Shown piece by piece: positions 25,860 to 39,229 of a DNA stretch of 64,000 bases. The translations under genes and the position numbers were made by a program. The DNA lies in assembly GCF_006345805.1 (NCBI RefSeq), contig NC_043011.1, forward strand, positions 248,001 through 312,000. The letters are read 5' to 3'. A model generated the notes under the pieces. The model was not told the origin of the DNA, searched no databases, and was given only the letters and a program-made list of their open reading frames with translations. The stretch's first letter is position 1. Every line of letters begins with the position of its first letter. The stretch is from Octopus sinensis (Eukaryota).

Positions 25860-27714
25860 TTTTCATGTGTTCACGCATGTAAATGAACTCTCAAAAACTA
25901 CCGTTACATACACTATTAACATACATAGATTAATTATATATTAAAGCTACGAATACTTTGAATCGGTTGGTATTTCATGTTTAGTACACTAACATCTACA
26001 ACTATAAAGAATTAGGAATTCTTAGTAGATATATGAATATTAAATTTTATATTAAAATATTAGTATTAAAATGTAAAATGTTCATCTTATATACGAAAAA
26101 AGGGACTGATTTTTCATGTATTTACGCATAGCAATATTATCACAGATGACTCCAGAGTACACCGGAAGTCTTTCTACGTCATAACCCATATTTATCATTG
26201 CCGAAGAAACGATAATGTGGGTTATAGCTTAGCTAGACTTCCGTTGTCTTTATAATCACTATCTCCGGGTTCTTACTATCATCTCTCCCTTCATCTTATT
26301 TCTCCCTATAAACTCCACCTTCTACATTTACCACCACCACCTCCACCACCGTTACTACATATAGCAGTAACACTATCACCCGCCGCCAACTACCACCATC
26401 AACACTGGTATCATCATCATCATCATCACCACAACAAAAACAACAGCATGTACACCATCGCCACCACTACAATCACTACCATATTTGTTTAAACAAATCA
26501 ATAAAGAATAAATAGCTGCAACACCACCACCACCACCACCACAACCACCACCGCCGCCACCAATGACACCAACAATAACACTAACACCAGGATGGCCGTT
26601 TTATTGTGTGACCTTCTGCAGGTCAACTGCCCCCTAAATCCTCGCATATTCCACACCCTTTTGTAGCTTTGATACGTCTGATTGAATAAAACGCGTGCCC
26701 CTCCACGCTCCGCCACCTTACTGTCTTCTTCATCATCACTACCATCATCATTGTCACCATCATCTCTATGACGATCTCCCGCACCGTCACCATCGCGCCC
26801 CATCGTCATCGTTGACTCTTTGTGTCCTTTAATTACTGTTGTCATCACGAGTCCATTTATTATTGCCCCACCCACCTATATTACAATTATTACAACTGCG
26901 GCAGATCCTCGTTTTAATTCTAATTACCACAAATACTCCTTTGTAATTACTAAACTTTTACAGACGACTCGTCACTGTTAGTCCAACATTATTATAATTC
27001 TACAAAAAAGACGAGCTAACGAGAGAGCCGAATAGCTAGACATAGCAGTCAAATCAGCCTTCAATCTTATTGTATGGTCTTAAAGAAGGACATGTTGGCT
27101 AATGCAGGAAAAAGACAGGATGGTCACGACTGGAATGCATTTGATTATAGGGCTATTCGATTACGGCTACCCTGGAGCTAAACAATAACTGAAGCATATA
27201 ACAAGAAAATTAAAGCCAAATACATTTTAAAGAAATATATTTTAAAACGTAAATAAAATAAAATGTAAAAGAAAAGAGGAACGAATAGAAAAGAGCCCAC
27301 CTTCCCTTCACTCCTTCCGCTGCTCCCTAAAACGCAAAGGGCCCCCACTATTTGGTTCAGTAGGTCCGCTACACGATCCTTTCATATTTACACAATGTTC
27401 AAACAAGCCGCACGACCAACGCGTGTCCGCTTTCACCGATGACCGACCGACCGACCAACCAGCCAGCCAACCGACCAACCAATCACTCTCCTTTTTATAT
27501 ATGTTCCGGCCATCTTCCTCTCTCTTTCCTCCTCCTCTTCCTCTCTCCTCCCATTCTCACTCTCCTTCCCCTTTCTCCCCCTCTCTTGCTCTCTTTTTTT
27601 TTATCATTTAATAAAGATGGCTGCAACCAGGGGTGCTTAGACTTTGGTGCATAACCAGCGAGGACTGACTCTTCTGAGTGGCACATTTTTATGCTCTGCG
27701 CCTTACGCATGCAA

Positions 27715-27915
27715 ACGCACATACATACATACATACATACATACATACATACATACATACATACATACATGCATGCATACATACATACATACATGCAATA
27801 CATACATACATACATACATACATACATACATACATACATGCATGCATGCATACATACATACATACATACATACATACAATACATACATACATGCATGCAT
27901 GCATGCATGCATGCA
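27715..27915. repeat. (CATA)n/(CATG)n compound microsatellite (representative; similar at 29395-29635 and 46250-46314)
   Basis: Direct reading. It generates the HTYI/MYVC pseudo-ORFs. Confidence 0.95.
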
Positions 27916-28350
27916 TACAAACACACATACATATACACGCACACGCATACACACATACACACATACACATATATAAACATACACATATAGAAGCATATAC
28001 ACACACGTACACACACATATATAATATATATATATATATTGTCGTTTGGAATGGTGGATCTCGAAGTAGATAAAGCTATATATATATATGTGTGTGTGTG
28101 TATATAATACTATATCTTGGTACTGTTTGAACTGAGATAGACGTCGACTGGTCGCTAGTCTGTGCAATATTAATTGCAATATTAATTACCTAATTCGGTT
28201 TAAGTCTTCTAATTTGGACATCAAATTTAAAACATCGTTTTGATATAATGGTTAGCACGGCCATGGACCGACTAAGACACACAGAGGCCCTAAGCACTTG
28301 AAAGAATTTGGTGCCCTCATGGATATATGTAATTCAAAATATAAACAATA

Positions 28351-28515
28351 TTCTTTTCTACTCTACGCACAAGGCCCCAAATTTTGGAGGAGGGGTCCAG
28401 TCGATTAGATCGACCCCAGTACACAACTGGTACTTAATTTATCAACCCTGAAAGGGTTAAAGGCAAAGTTGACCTCGGCGGAATTTGAACTCAGGACATA
28501 AAGACAGGCGAAATA
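28351..28515 (-). mobile_element. 5'-truncated SINE family 3 with 16-bp TSD
   Basis: CAAAATATAAACAATA (28335-28350) and CAAAATATAGACAATA (28516-28531). Confidence 0.75.
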
Positions 28516-29075
28516 CAAAATATAGACAATAATAAACCATAAAATACATTTTTATTTTTCAAAATGAAACAAACATTAAAATGTGTCTGAAAATAATAGT
28601 CTTGTAGACTTCCACTTTATATTTGAAAAGATTTCTTCTACTTTTTTTAATTGTAAAGTTTTTTATCACATCCTCACTATGATACCATGAACAATTATAT
28701 TTCCGATCACAGAACCATTTCGAATATTATTCTAACAAGCTTAATGGGATTTTTTTTCTGTCGTAAACCATTTACCATTTCTGTGGTGCCCCACCTTCAC
28801 TTTATGCCCTAAGCAAGAGCTTATTTTGTTTAATGGTTAATCCAATGCTGAGCACGGCTACACAATTACTGCAGACACACCATTCCAAAGCAAGTCACAA
28901 CGGTTTCCTTTTCTCTATCCTACATACATAGAGGCATAAACAAGTTTTGAAAATGTCTAATTCTCCATTCTTCTTTATGACGTTGTCATTATATTCTTCG
29001 GATGTTGTATGAATTCCAAAGAAGAGAACTCAGGATTTACCTGTCGAGTGAAAGTGGAATACCTATTTCTTTGCT

Positions 29076-29245
29076 ACCCACAAGGGGCTAAACACAGAGA
29101 GGACAAACAAGGACACACAAACGGATTAAGTCGATTATATCGACCCCAGTGCGTAACTGGTACTTATTTAATCGACCCCGAAAGGATGACAGGCAAAGTC
29201 GACCCCGGCGGAATTTGAACTCAGAACGTAGCGGCAGACGAAGTG
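29076..29245 (-). mobile_element. SINE family 3 copy
   Basis: Reverse complement of the 16100-16270 segment. Confidence 0.8.
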
Positions 29246-29568
29246 TTTACCTTAAACAATTCAGTATGTTCCGTATCCTTCCATGTGGTTAGCCAGATCT
29301 GGATTGTATCAGAGTGCTAACAAGGTACTTGCCCAGATTTCAAATCCCTTTTTCTTTAAGTTATACATAATACATAGATACATACATATACCTACCTACC
29401 TACATACATACATACATACATACATATGCATACATACATACATACATACATACATATGCATACATACATACATACATACATACATACATACATACATACA
29501 TACATACATACATACATACATACATACATACATACATACATACATACATACATACATACATACATACA

Positions 29569-29599
<31 letters not shown>

Positions 29600-32500
29600 G
29601 CATACATACATACATACATACATATGCATACATACACACACAGAGAAACGCGAGGAGCTTCGCCGCAGTTTCTGTCTACCACATTCCATTCCCAAGGTAT
29701 TGTTCAATCTGAGGTTATGGAAAGAAGGCACCTACCCAGGGTACTTATTTTATCACTCGCTCACACATAAGGATGAAAATCTAACACACCACCTTCGACC
29801 CAATTTAAATTCGGAACACAAAAATTCCGCAACCAAACGCCACAATACATTTACGTCGGCGCTCAACCGATTCTGTTACCCGTTTGTAATGGAGACGCTT
29901 ACAACAAACGCCACGTTTGACAAATGCTGACTAAAACAGCGTCGAAACTTCACGGAACCATTTTTAAATAGAACGTGATTAATGATGTATGCACACGCGC
30001 ACGCACGCGCGCATCACACACATATACACACACACGTACTGTCCCTATAACAGGGTGTGTCTACGGAGTGTCTTGGAGTGATGGCTCTCAGTCACGTACC
30101 CTGTCTGCTTGTCTCTCTTATCACACATTCGCATATGTAGATGTGCGTATTTGTATATATATATATATATATATATATGTGCGTGTGCGTGTGTGTGTGT
30201 GTGTGTGCGTGTGTGTGTGTGTGCATGTATGCATAAATGTGTGCATGTATGATAGTGTAGTTATGTGTGTATGTAGATATGCATGCATGTATATACGGAT
30301 GTGTATGTGTGTACGTGTATGAATTAGTTTGGGAGTGACGCGAAGTAATTAGGGAGACATCACCATCACCAACAACAACAAGCAACAGCAAACAACAGCA
30401 ACAACAGCAAACAACAGCAACAACAACAAAACAGCAACAACAATGATATCGAGAAAAGAAAGAAAGTGTAGATAAAACCCGAATCCATTTGAAAACAGAA
30501 ATCTCAATACGAAGTAAAATTATTGTGAATCACGTCTTTAAAATGCCGTCCACGGAGAGACTTAAATAAAAGGTGTTACAACCGAGAATCGAAACCCGAT
30601 CGCAGATTCGTCTTTAACTTGTAAAGAATGGATCTAAAAAATCTTTCTTTTTTTTTACTTTTTTGAATGGGGGTGGATGTTTCGTCAGAGGAAGAAAGGC
30701 TGGGTCCATGGCCCTTTACTAGGTTACGCGAGGAGTGAGAGATAAAAAAGAAGACAATATCATTATCTTTTGACCTGACACCATATCTAGCTACGTGCAA
30801 CAGGAAGGACGCTAATAAAACTACCCATTGTCCAGCCAGTGGTCACGTGTTAATTCTGCCATCCAACAAAGACCATCAGACGGATTTCCATAGTTAATCC
30901 AGTGATCTTTGGTTTGACCAGAAGCCACAATAGAAAACACCCAATGTGGCGCACACCAGGATTGAACCCAGAGCGAGCTTTTTAACCATTTGCCCAAAAC
31001 TAACTTCACATCGTTAACATATCAACTGTTTCTAATGGAGGTACAAAACCTGTCATATTCAAAGGAAGGGACTTGCCAGTAACATCGTCCCCATCACATT
31101 ATTCCATTGACCCCGAATAGATGAAAGGTAAGGTTGATACAACAGCATTTAAACTCGGATTGTAAGGATCTGCAACGTAGTTTACCCGATACACTAACGA
31201 TTCTATCAGGGGACAGGGGATTTATTGGTGAAATTGGCCCCAGCCACTTCATTGCTATTTTATGTTAATAATCTTGACTAAGACTTTATTTTAAGAAACA
31301 GAATGAATACCGCAAGGCATTTCCTGACGTTTGATGGTTCTGTCACCTCCACCACCGCCTTACTTAAAATAAGATTTCAAACTGTTGCACAAGGCCAGCA
31401 ATTTTAGGAAGAGAAGGTAGGAGGTTAGTCCTTTACTTATGTGTGTGTGTGTGTGTGTGTCTTTGTATCTGTGTTTGTACCTTACCACCGCTTGACATCC
31501 GATCTTAGTGTGTTTATGTCCCCGTAACTTAGCAGTTCGGCAAAAAGGTGGATAGAACAAGTACTCGGTTTAAAAAAAAGTATGGGGATCGATTCATTTG
31601 AGTAAAAATTCTTGAAGGTGGCGCCACAGTATAGCCGCAGTCTAATGTCTGAAACAAGTAAAACATAAAAGTTGTGCACACATACATACATACATACATA
31701 CATACATACATACATACATGCATACATACACACATACACACACACACACACACACAAACACACACGCACACACACACACACACACATACATACATAATAC
31801 ATACACATACACATACACACGCGCGCACACACACAACCATACATAGATAAAATATTTGCATTTCTTCATGCATAAGCCATTGTAAGTATGTAACTCTCGC
31901 GTGAAACATTCACGCAAACAATGCATAAATACGAAGGATAATAAAGAATAACGAGGAAAATCTATATTGTGCTATGACGCACTTCCGGTCAGCCTCGTTT
32001 CGATTTCAATCTTCTTCCCCCCCTCCTCCTTCTCTCTCTGTCTTTCGTATTTCACATGATATCAATCGCTAGAGTTAGATTATTGTTTATTTCTGCTCTT
32101 GTCAGCACCCACATTGCCCAGTCAATTACTTTATATTAATCTTTGTTTGATTATTATTAATTGAGTATTGAATCTAGAATACTGGGGAGAACACAGACGA
32201 AAGATAAAGCGATGCGCGATGACGGCCATGCTGGTCGGCAGGCATCTCTTTATAGGGATTGTTAACTCTACAACGTCGCAGCTTCCGGTCGTGTGGCTCT
32301 GTCGTTAGTTTCCGTTAACGTCGACGTATATAACTCGGTCAGACTCTCAAGTGTTCGTAGACAGAGTATCCAGTAATGTATTTGCTTCTTTGGTCGTAGT
32401 TTATTTTCGTGTTAATTTCAATGTCGTGAGGGATTAGACGTTGTCTTCTCTGATTTAAATTTACAAGAAATTGAGGCAGGGAGATTTCCTTTTGTGTTCG

Positions 32501-32610
32501 GCGACTCCCGATCGGGATAGTTTGGCAGACAAATGAAATGACAGACATAGAAAATATATATAAATGCATGCATTGAATAAAAGAAAGAAAGAGAGAGACA
32601 GACAGAGAGG

Positions 32611-32641
<31 letters not shown>

Positions 32642-33412
32642 GAGAGAGAGAAAAATAAAAAGAAGGCGACAGAGAGAAAGAAGTAAAGAGAGTTTAAAGA
32701 AAGGAAGGAATTATAGAGTGTGAGTAGTGAAGAGTGAAATGAGGTGGGGGATAAACAAGGATCTATAAGTATGGATGTGAGTTAATAATTAAATAAAAGT
32801 TTCCGAAGACAGATTATCTGTTATTGATAGGTTCAGAGAAAATAGCTTGGCCGAACAAAAATGGATCTCTTTCTGCTCTACGCCAACATAGAAACGGTAT
32901 TTTCTCATTTCCCAGACCAGGGAAGTCAAGCCGGGTTCCATGGTTATAGTGTTAAAAATATTACAGTATCATCCAGTAGTACAAAAGACTTCACTGATTT
33001 TTTTTTTATAACATATTAAGTTACCCGGCTGTGGTCTCCTGGAGGGTAGCCTCGGTTGCAGAGGTACCCTGGATGGCTCGGTAGAAAGTGATGTAAAACA
33101 GGTGCTATTCTTAATTGCATTTTATTAGCTACCTCTGTTTCAAATATTGTTTCTGAGTAAGGGGATAATTATAGGAGGGTCTGCTGGATAGGAGGAGAAG
33201 TTGAGGTAAAGAGTGAACAGCTCTGGTCCCAACTGCTGTTTTCTTTCAGTTATTGGAGAAGGTGAAAACAACAGTTCACATACAGTCAATAAAATTCCAT
33301 GTTAACACACGCAAGAAGCAATAAAACGACACTAAACAAAATATCTGACCTGCGGCGAAGGTATATGCGTTTAAATATGTATACATAAATACATATATAT
33401 GTATGTATGTAT

Positions 33413-33455
<43 letters not shown>

Positions 33456-33496
33456 TATATATATATAAATACATATACATATATATGTATGTATGT

Positions 33497-33549
<53 letters not shown>

Positions 33550-34434
33550 CACATATGCAGATATAAACACACGCATATGTATATATACACGTTTATACAT
33601 GTATGCATATACATATACACATACACACACACACACATATATATGTATATATATGGAAAAAAATCAAGATAGAAAATGCTAAAAAATAATTTTATATATA
33701 TATATATAGATAGATAGATAGATATACATGCATACATATTTATGTAGGTATATGTATATATGTATAAATGTGTATATATATATATATATATATATGTGTA
33801 TAAATGTGTAAATATATATATAAATGTGTAAATATATATGTGTGTGCATGTATATATGTGTGTGTGTGTTTGTGGTTGACAATTTTTACAGGGTGGATCA
33901 AACAATAGAGTGCTGCTTAGCAGACCAAATCGCTGATTGAATTACCGGAAGGCCCAACAAGATTATCAGTTATGCTTCGGTGATTTTACTGTTTAGGATT
34001 GTGAGGAAACAAGATTTTGTTTTAAGACATCTCTACAGCAATACACACACACATGCAAACACACGCGCACACACACACGCACACACATGTATACGCGTGT
34101 GTTCTTTTTCTGAGTACACATACACATATACATAATATATAAGTGTATATATTCTTTTATTCTTTTACATGTTTCATTCATTTAACTGCGCCCATGCTGG
34201 AGTACCGCTTTTAAGTGTTTTATTGTGGAAGAAATGGACATGAGGCCTTATTCGCTGAAAGCGTAGTACTTATTCTATCCTTCTCTTTTGCCGACGGTGG
34301 GAGATACACAAGCACACAAAGACGCACTCACATAAATACACACATACGCACACATAGAAATACATACATACATATACGCAATCTAACCTCGCGTGGGCTG
34401 TTGGCGATTTCTTCTTTAGACTTTTTCCTTTCTC

Positions 34435-34469
34435 CTTTCCGACGAAAAGCTATACTCGAAACGTTAAAC
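34435..34469 (+). ncRNA. Degenerate ultra-minimal hammerhead-like motif
   Basis: CTTT CCGACGA AAAGCTATACTC GAAAC GTT AAA. Same layout as 19881-19916, with a decayed stem II. Confidence 0.35.
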
Positions 34470-34553
34470 TCTCTCTTTTCACCGAGTGTCAAGACAATAC
34501 ACTTCTTCGACACGTTGTTCTTTTCTTCTTTTCGTTTTTTATTCGTATATTTG

Positions 34554-34612
<59 letters not shown>

Positions 34613-34615
34613 ATC

Positions 34616-35252
34616 TAGAGATAAACCGCTATCTAGTTATTTCATCAATAGTGAAAGATATTATCTATAATAACCACATAGAAATTAATTAAATAGTATA
34701 TATTTTTTTAATATAAAACTTATTCACCTTAAAACTATTAAAAGATGAAATAATGCTACCAACATTATTAGTAGTAGAATATCCAAATCCAAAATTATTA
34801 CTAGAAGAAAAAAAATTATATTTTTTATTATCTACAATGAATAATTCAATTAGTTTTAATATCTCTTTAATAATGTTTGTTTTACATTATTATTGTTAAA
34901 TTTTATTGAATTATTTACTGTTAATATACATATATTTATATGTTTATATATTTATTGTTTTCATTATAATATCTAAATTTATTTCTGTTACTTTTTTGAC
35001 CTGAAGAGCGACTAAATATTTTAAAATTGAATTAACATTAAATTTAAAATTTTTAAAAATTAAATCTTTTAAAAAATTAAATTTTAATATTATATATATT
35101 TAGTCATGAAACGCGCATAGTCAATTAAATGTTTGATTTATTTTGAGATTTTTAGAATAATAATTATAAGATATTTAATTAATTTCTGTGTGGTTAGTAT
35201 AGATAATATCTTTTCACTATTGATGAAATAACTAGATAGCGATTTATCTCTA
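34616..35252 (+). mobile_element. AT-rich non-autonomous element with ~80-bp terminal inverted repeats and internal hammerhead
   Basis: 34616-34695 (TAGAGATAAACCGCTATCTAGTTATTTCATCAATAGTGAAAG...) is the reverse complement of 35172-35252. An HHR lies at 34996-35124. Confidence 0.8.
34996..35124 (+). ncRNA. Type I hammerhead ribozyme with long stem II
   Basis: TTGAC CTGAAGA gcGACTAAATAT...ATATTTAGTCat GAAAC GCGC ATA GTCAA. Stem I is TTGAC/GTCAA. Stem III ACGCGCAT is one G>A change from the palindrome ACGCGCGT. Confidence 0.75.
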
Positions 35253-35525
35253 AATTCTATATACATATTTATAATATATTGTGGATTTTCGATTTTTTTC
35301 CCTCTTAGCTTGGAATTATTACATTTACTAACTATTAATAATCATTTATATATATATATATGTATATATATATATGCTCAAAATAAGGAGTAGATAGACA
35401 GCCGGCAACTGATGAAGGGTCATTCTTTGTGTTGCTTGTCCTGTTTTCAGTTTTTTCTCTAGTTGTTTGCGTATTTAACTCGCTTGTTTTCGTACTTCAT
35501 GTTGGTAAAGTCCTGTACCCATATA

Positions 35526-35581
<56 letters not shown>

Positions 35582-35681
35582 TATATAAGACAATGAAAAA
35601 AATGGGACAAGAACGCAGTGGCGACAACAAAACACCCAGAGAGTTGGATGATACAACAAAGGGATATATATATATATATAT

Positions 35682-36608
35682 AACTTAGATAACTTAGATA
35701 TGTTTCGACCAAAGATTGGTCCAGGCCATGTCTAACTTAATAGCACCACCTGATAGGATTATTCGAATCCTGTTTAAGTCAAGTTTTGTTCAAGTAGTGA
35801 GTTCTTGTTGGGTGAGTTGTATCCAATTATGGGTGGCTTATCTGGTATTCTTTGAAGGAATCTATCCAGACTCCGTTTAAAGTTGATGGGATCCTTTTCC
35901 TCTTTGATCTCCCTCGGGACAATGTTAAATAGGGCAGGGCCTGTTGAGGAAAAGAAATTATGTTGCAGCGTACATGTATGTTGTGATCTTGATTGGGCAG
36001 GGGACGTATGGCCCGTGGTCCCAGTCTTGGATGAACCTTGAAGCTAATGTTAAGGTCGTTTGGGAAAAGTTGGCGGTATATTCTCCACATCGTACAAATG
36101 ATGTACCGCTCACGGCGACGCTGGAGGGAGTAAAGTTTCAAGGCTTTAAGTCGATCCCAATAATCAAGAGCAGCCATGCCTTCAATTCGTTTAGTGAATG
36201 CCCTCTGGGGTGACTCAATCCTGGAGATGTTTTGTCTTGTATGGGGAGACCACAGAGGGCAGCAGTATTCAAGGTGTGGCCGTACAAAGGAGGAGAAAAG
36301 TGGTATGATGACACCTTGTTCTCTGGACCGGAAAGTTCTTAAGATCCAGGAACTCATCCTACGAGCTATATCGACCTTCTTGTTGATGTGTGCACTCCAA
36401 CTGAGATCGTCATCAGCAATTACACCCAGGTCTCTGATATTGTTGGAGGCTGTGAGCGGTTCACCTGAAGGAAGAGTGTATGGTTGTTTTAGTGAGGAAT
36501 TTCTTCCAAAATGCATCAGCTCAAATTTTCCCTCGTTCAGTTGCATTTTGTTTCTGTCTGCCCACTGACTCACAGCATATAGATCAGACTGGAGTTGAGT
36601 TCGGTCTA
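35682..36608 (-). mobile_element. CR1-like LINE, 5'-truncated (RT C-terminus, 3' UTR, short tandem tail)
   Basis: QLQSDLYAVSQWADRNKMQLNEGKF, IRDLGVIADDDLSWSAHI, FVRPHLEYCCPLWSP, LYSLQRRRERY. 3' stem-loop GACCAA-TCT-TTGGTC and (ATCTAAGTT)2 tail. Confidence 0.85.
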
Positions 36609-36611
36609 TAT

Positions 36612-36645
<34 letters not shown>

Positions 36646-36907
36646 CATATATATATATATATATAACATATATAAGATCCATGGATCGAGGTGAAGGAAG
36701 AAAGTTAGCTTCAAGCAATCCGTAGTAAATATAAAAAACAACTTCCGGGGACAATAGTTGTTTATTGAGATGTAAGGTTGAGGACAGTTTTGTACTGAAG
36801 TGCAACAAACTGAAAAAAGTTCTTTTTATATTTCACGGTAGGCGACAAGGTTTGCCGGGTGTGCGGGTGAGAATACAAGAGTTAAGGAATGGAGTAGATA
36901 AGATCCG

Positions 36908-36994
36908 GGCTACATATGTTTCATAGCGAGCGGAACCTCAGTAGTGGTAAATACTTAAGTCCGGCGGCGCATACCGCGGACTATTCTTCTGGCC
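36908..36994 (-). ncRNA. Type I hammerhead, one core change (U4A)
   Basis: Minus strand: GGC CAGAAGA ATAG...CTAT GAAAC ATAT GTA GCC. Palindromic stem III ACATATGT. Confidence 0.6.
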
Positions 36995-37901
36995 AAAGAC
37001 ATCTTGATTAAATGGAAGTTTACATTGTCGCAAGGAGGAACATGTTAACAGATGCAAGATTCAATCAGAATATGTAGAGAGCATGATAGGAGAGGAGAAT
37101 ATAGGAGAGAAATAAGGATTAAAAGAAGGAAGAAAGAACGAAATTTAAGGGAGTGAGAGGAAGGAGAAGTTTAAGCAAGGTCGTTTGACCGGTTGTATTC
37201 GATGGGGCTGCTTTGGCCGAATCACAGAAATTAACTAGGGGAGTGGTATTTGAAAGAAAGATAATGTGGAGGGAAGAGGAAGAGGAAATGTTTTTGGTCG
37301 AGGAGGAGGAGGAAAAATATATATTGCATGAAGCAAGAGAGAATGGGCAAGAATCATGGCGGCTACTACTGGTTGTCAATTAAGGAACGTATATTGTGTG
37401 CGATGAGCGTGTTTACAGTATTAAGTAGTAGAGGTGTATGTTGGTGTATGTACCTGTAAGTTTACGGAGAGAGGGAATAGGAGGGGGAAGCAGGTGAAAT
37501 ATGAGAAACAAAAAAATTCAAATGGTAAGGAAAAATCAGAGATAAGCATGTAAATGACAATAAGGAATTAAAGGAAAGATTTACTGTTGGTGTAATATAT
37601 AGAGGTAGTGAGGGTAGATAAGAAGGGAAATTTATGAAGGTTAAGGGGAAAGGCGTGTGGGGTTGTTATTTATATTTTGAGGACAGATTTAGTGATCGAT
37701 GTTTGCAGGTAAAAATTATACAGTTGGGTTCATTAAGACAATCCGTGGATTGCAAAATAGCCAAGACTTCTTCCTTCTTTTAATCCTGATTTTCTACTTT
37801 CCTTCCTACTGGGCTCTCCTACTCATTCTGAATGAATCTTCCATGTGTCAACATGTATTCCCTTGCGATAATGTAAACTTTCATTTAATCAAGATATCCT
37901 T

Positions 37902-37965
37902 GGCTTAAAGAGTAGCCAGCGGTTACCACGTTTGAGGTTCCGCTCGTTATGAAACATATGTAACC
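37902..37965 (+). ncRNA. Degenerate inverted sister copy of the 36908-36994 hammerhead
   Basis: GGC TTAAAGA GTAG...TTAT GAAAC ATAT GTA ACC. The flanks 37812-37970 are homologous to the reverse complement of 36903-37083. Confidence 0.5.
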
Positions 37966-38028
37966 CGGATACATACATTACATACATTACATACATACAT
38001 ACATACATACATGCATTTATATATATGC

Positions 38029-38111
<83 letters not shown>

Positions 38112-38854
38112 TTCCGGTGCATCCTAGTTAAGGACCATATTCATGTGAATTCATTAGAACTCACTTGAATCTCAATTACTTAAACCGTATATATATATAT
38201 GTGAGGCACGCAGTGACCGACAACAGAATATTATAGTCGAATCTACTGCGTGTCTGACAATGCCTAGCTTGCGAAAAACAAAAGTGTAAAGAGGCCGTGG
38301 CCGTTTGCATGGTGATTGCGTTTTGTTAGTTAATTTTCGAAACATAATCAACCAATCAGAGTTAGTTTGGCATGGAGCTGTCGTCGTGCGCGCTTGTTCT
38401 GTTTGGCGTGTCAAAGTGGAAGAGGAAGCTAATAGATGTACGTCTGTGCTCACGTATGTGCTTGTGTGTGTGTGTGTGTATGTGCCCGTGCTTGTTCTTC
38501 TTCTTGTGAGTGTGTGTATGTGTGTGCTTGTTCTTGTGTGTGTAAGTGTGTGTGTGTGTTTGTGTGTGTGTGCGAGCGTGTTCTGTTTTTATATATTTAT
38601 GTGTGGAGGAAGCTACAAGGTGTACATATGTGTGTGTATGTGAGTCTGTGTTCTATTTTGATGTATTTATGTGTGTGGAATGTAGATATAATAAAAACAA
38701 TGTCACATTTTAATCTTCGAGTAAAAAATCCCTGCATATTTGTTCTTACCTGCTTCGTGTGTGTGTGAAATCCGCAAATTTCCAAGATAAAAACAAAATC
38801 AACGTCGAAAAAGCCGTATTAGTTATAATAGTCCATGTGGGGTTTTTTAACCAC

Positions 38855-39022
38855 CAAAGAGCCGAAATATTGCAACATGTATCAAAGAGCCGAAATATTG
38901 CAACATGTATCAAAGAGCCGAAATATTGCAACATGCATCAAATGGCCGAAATATTGCAACATGCATCAAAGGGCCGAAATATTGCAACATGCATCAAAGG
39001 GCCGAAATATTGCAACATGCAT
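38855..39022. repeat. Minisatellite, 6 x 28 bp
   Basis: Unit CAAAG(A/G)GCCGAAATATTGCAACATG(T/C)AT repeated head-to-tail with no spacers. Confidence 0.95.
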
Positions 39023-39168
39023 GGAGAAAAGGAAGAAATGTAAATTAACACTTACTATTGATTAAAGGAAATGCGAATGAAAGAAATATGACATTGATTT
39101 CTAAATATAAATGACATTGATCTTAAAGCTAAATTAAAAAAGTTTTAATTAGACAATACAATAACACG

Positions 39169-39229
<61 letters not shown>

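Noticed and set aside
32850-33260. Highly degenerate RT fragment on the minus strand (LGPELFTLYLN...LLDDTVIF)
   Set aside because: The motifs are in different frames and too degraded to call without a translated search.
35405-35520. CTGATGA AGGGT...TACCC as a hammerhead
   Set aside because: Only the 5' half is present. GAAAC and stem III are missing and (AT)n follows.
38855-39022. CRISPR-like array
   Set aside because: The repeats are contiguous with no unique spacers, there are no cas genes, and the context is eukaryotic.
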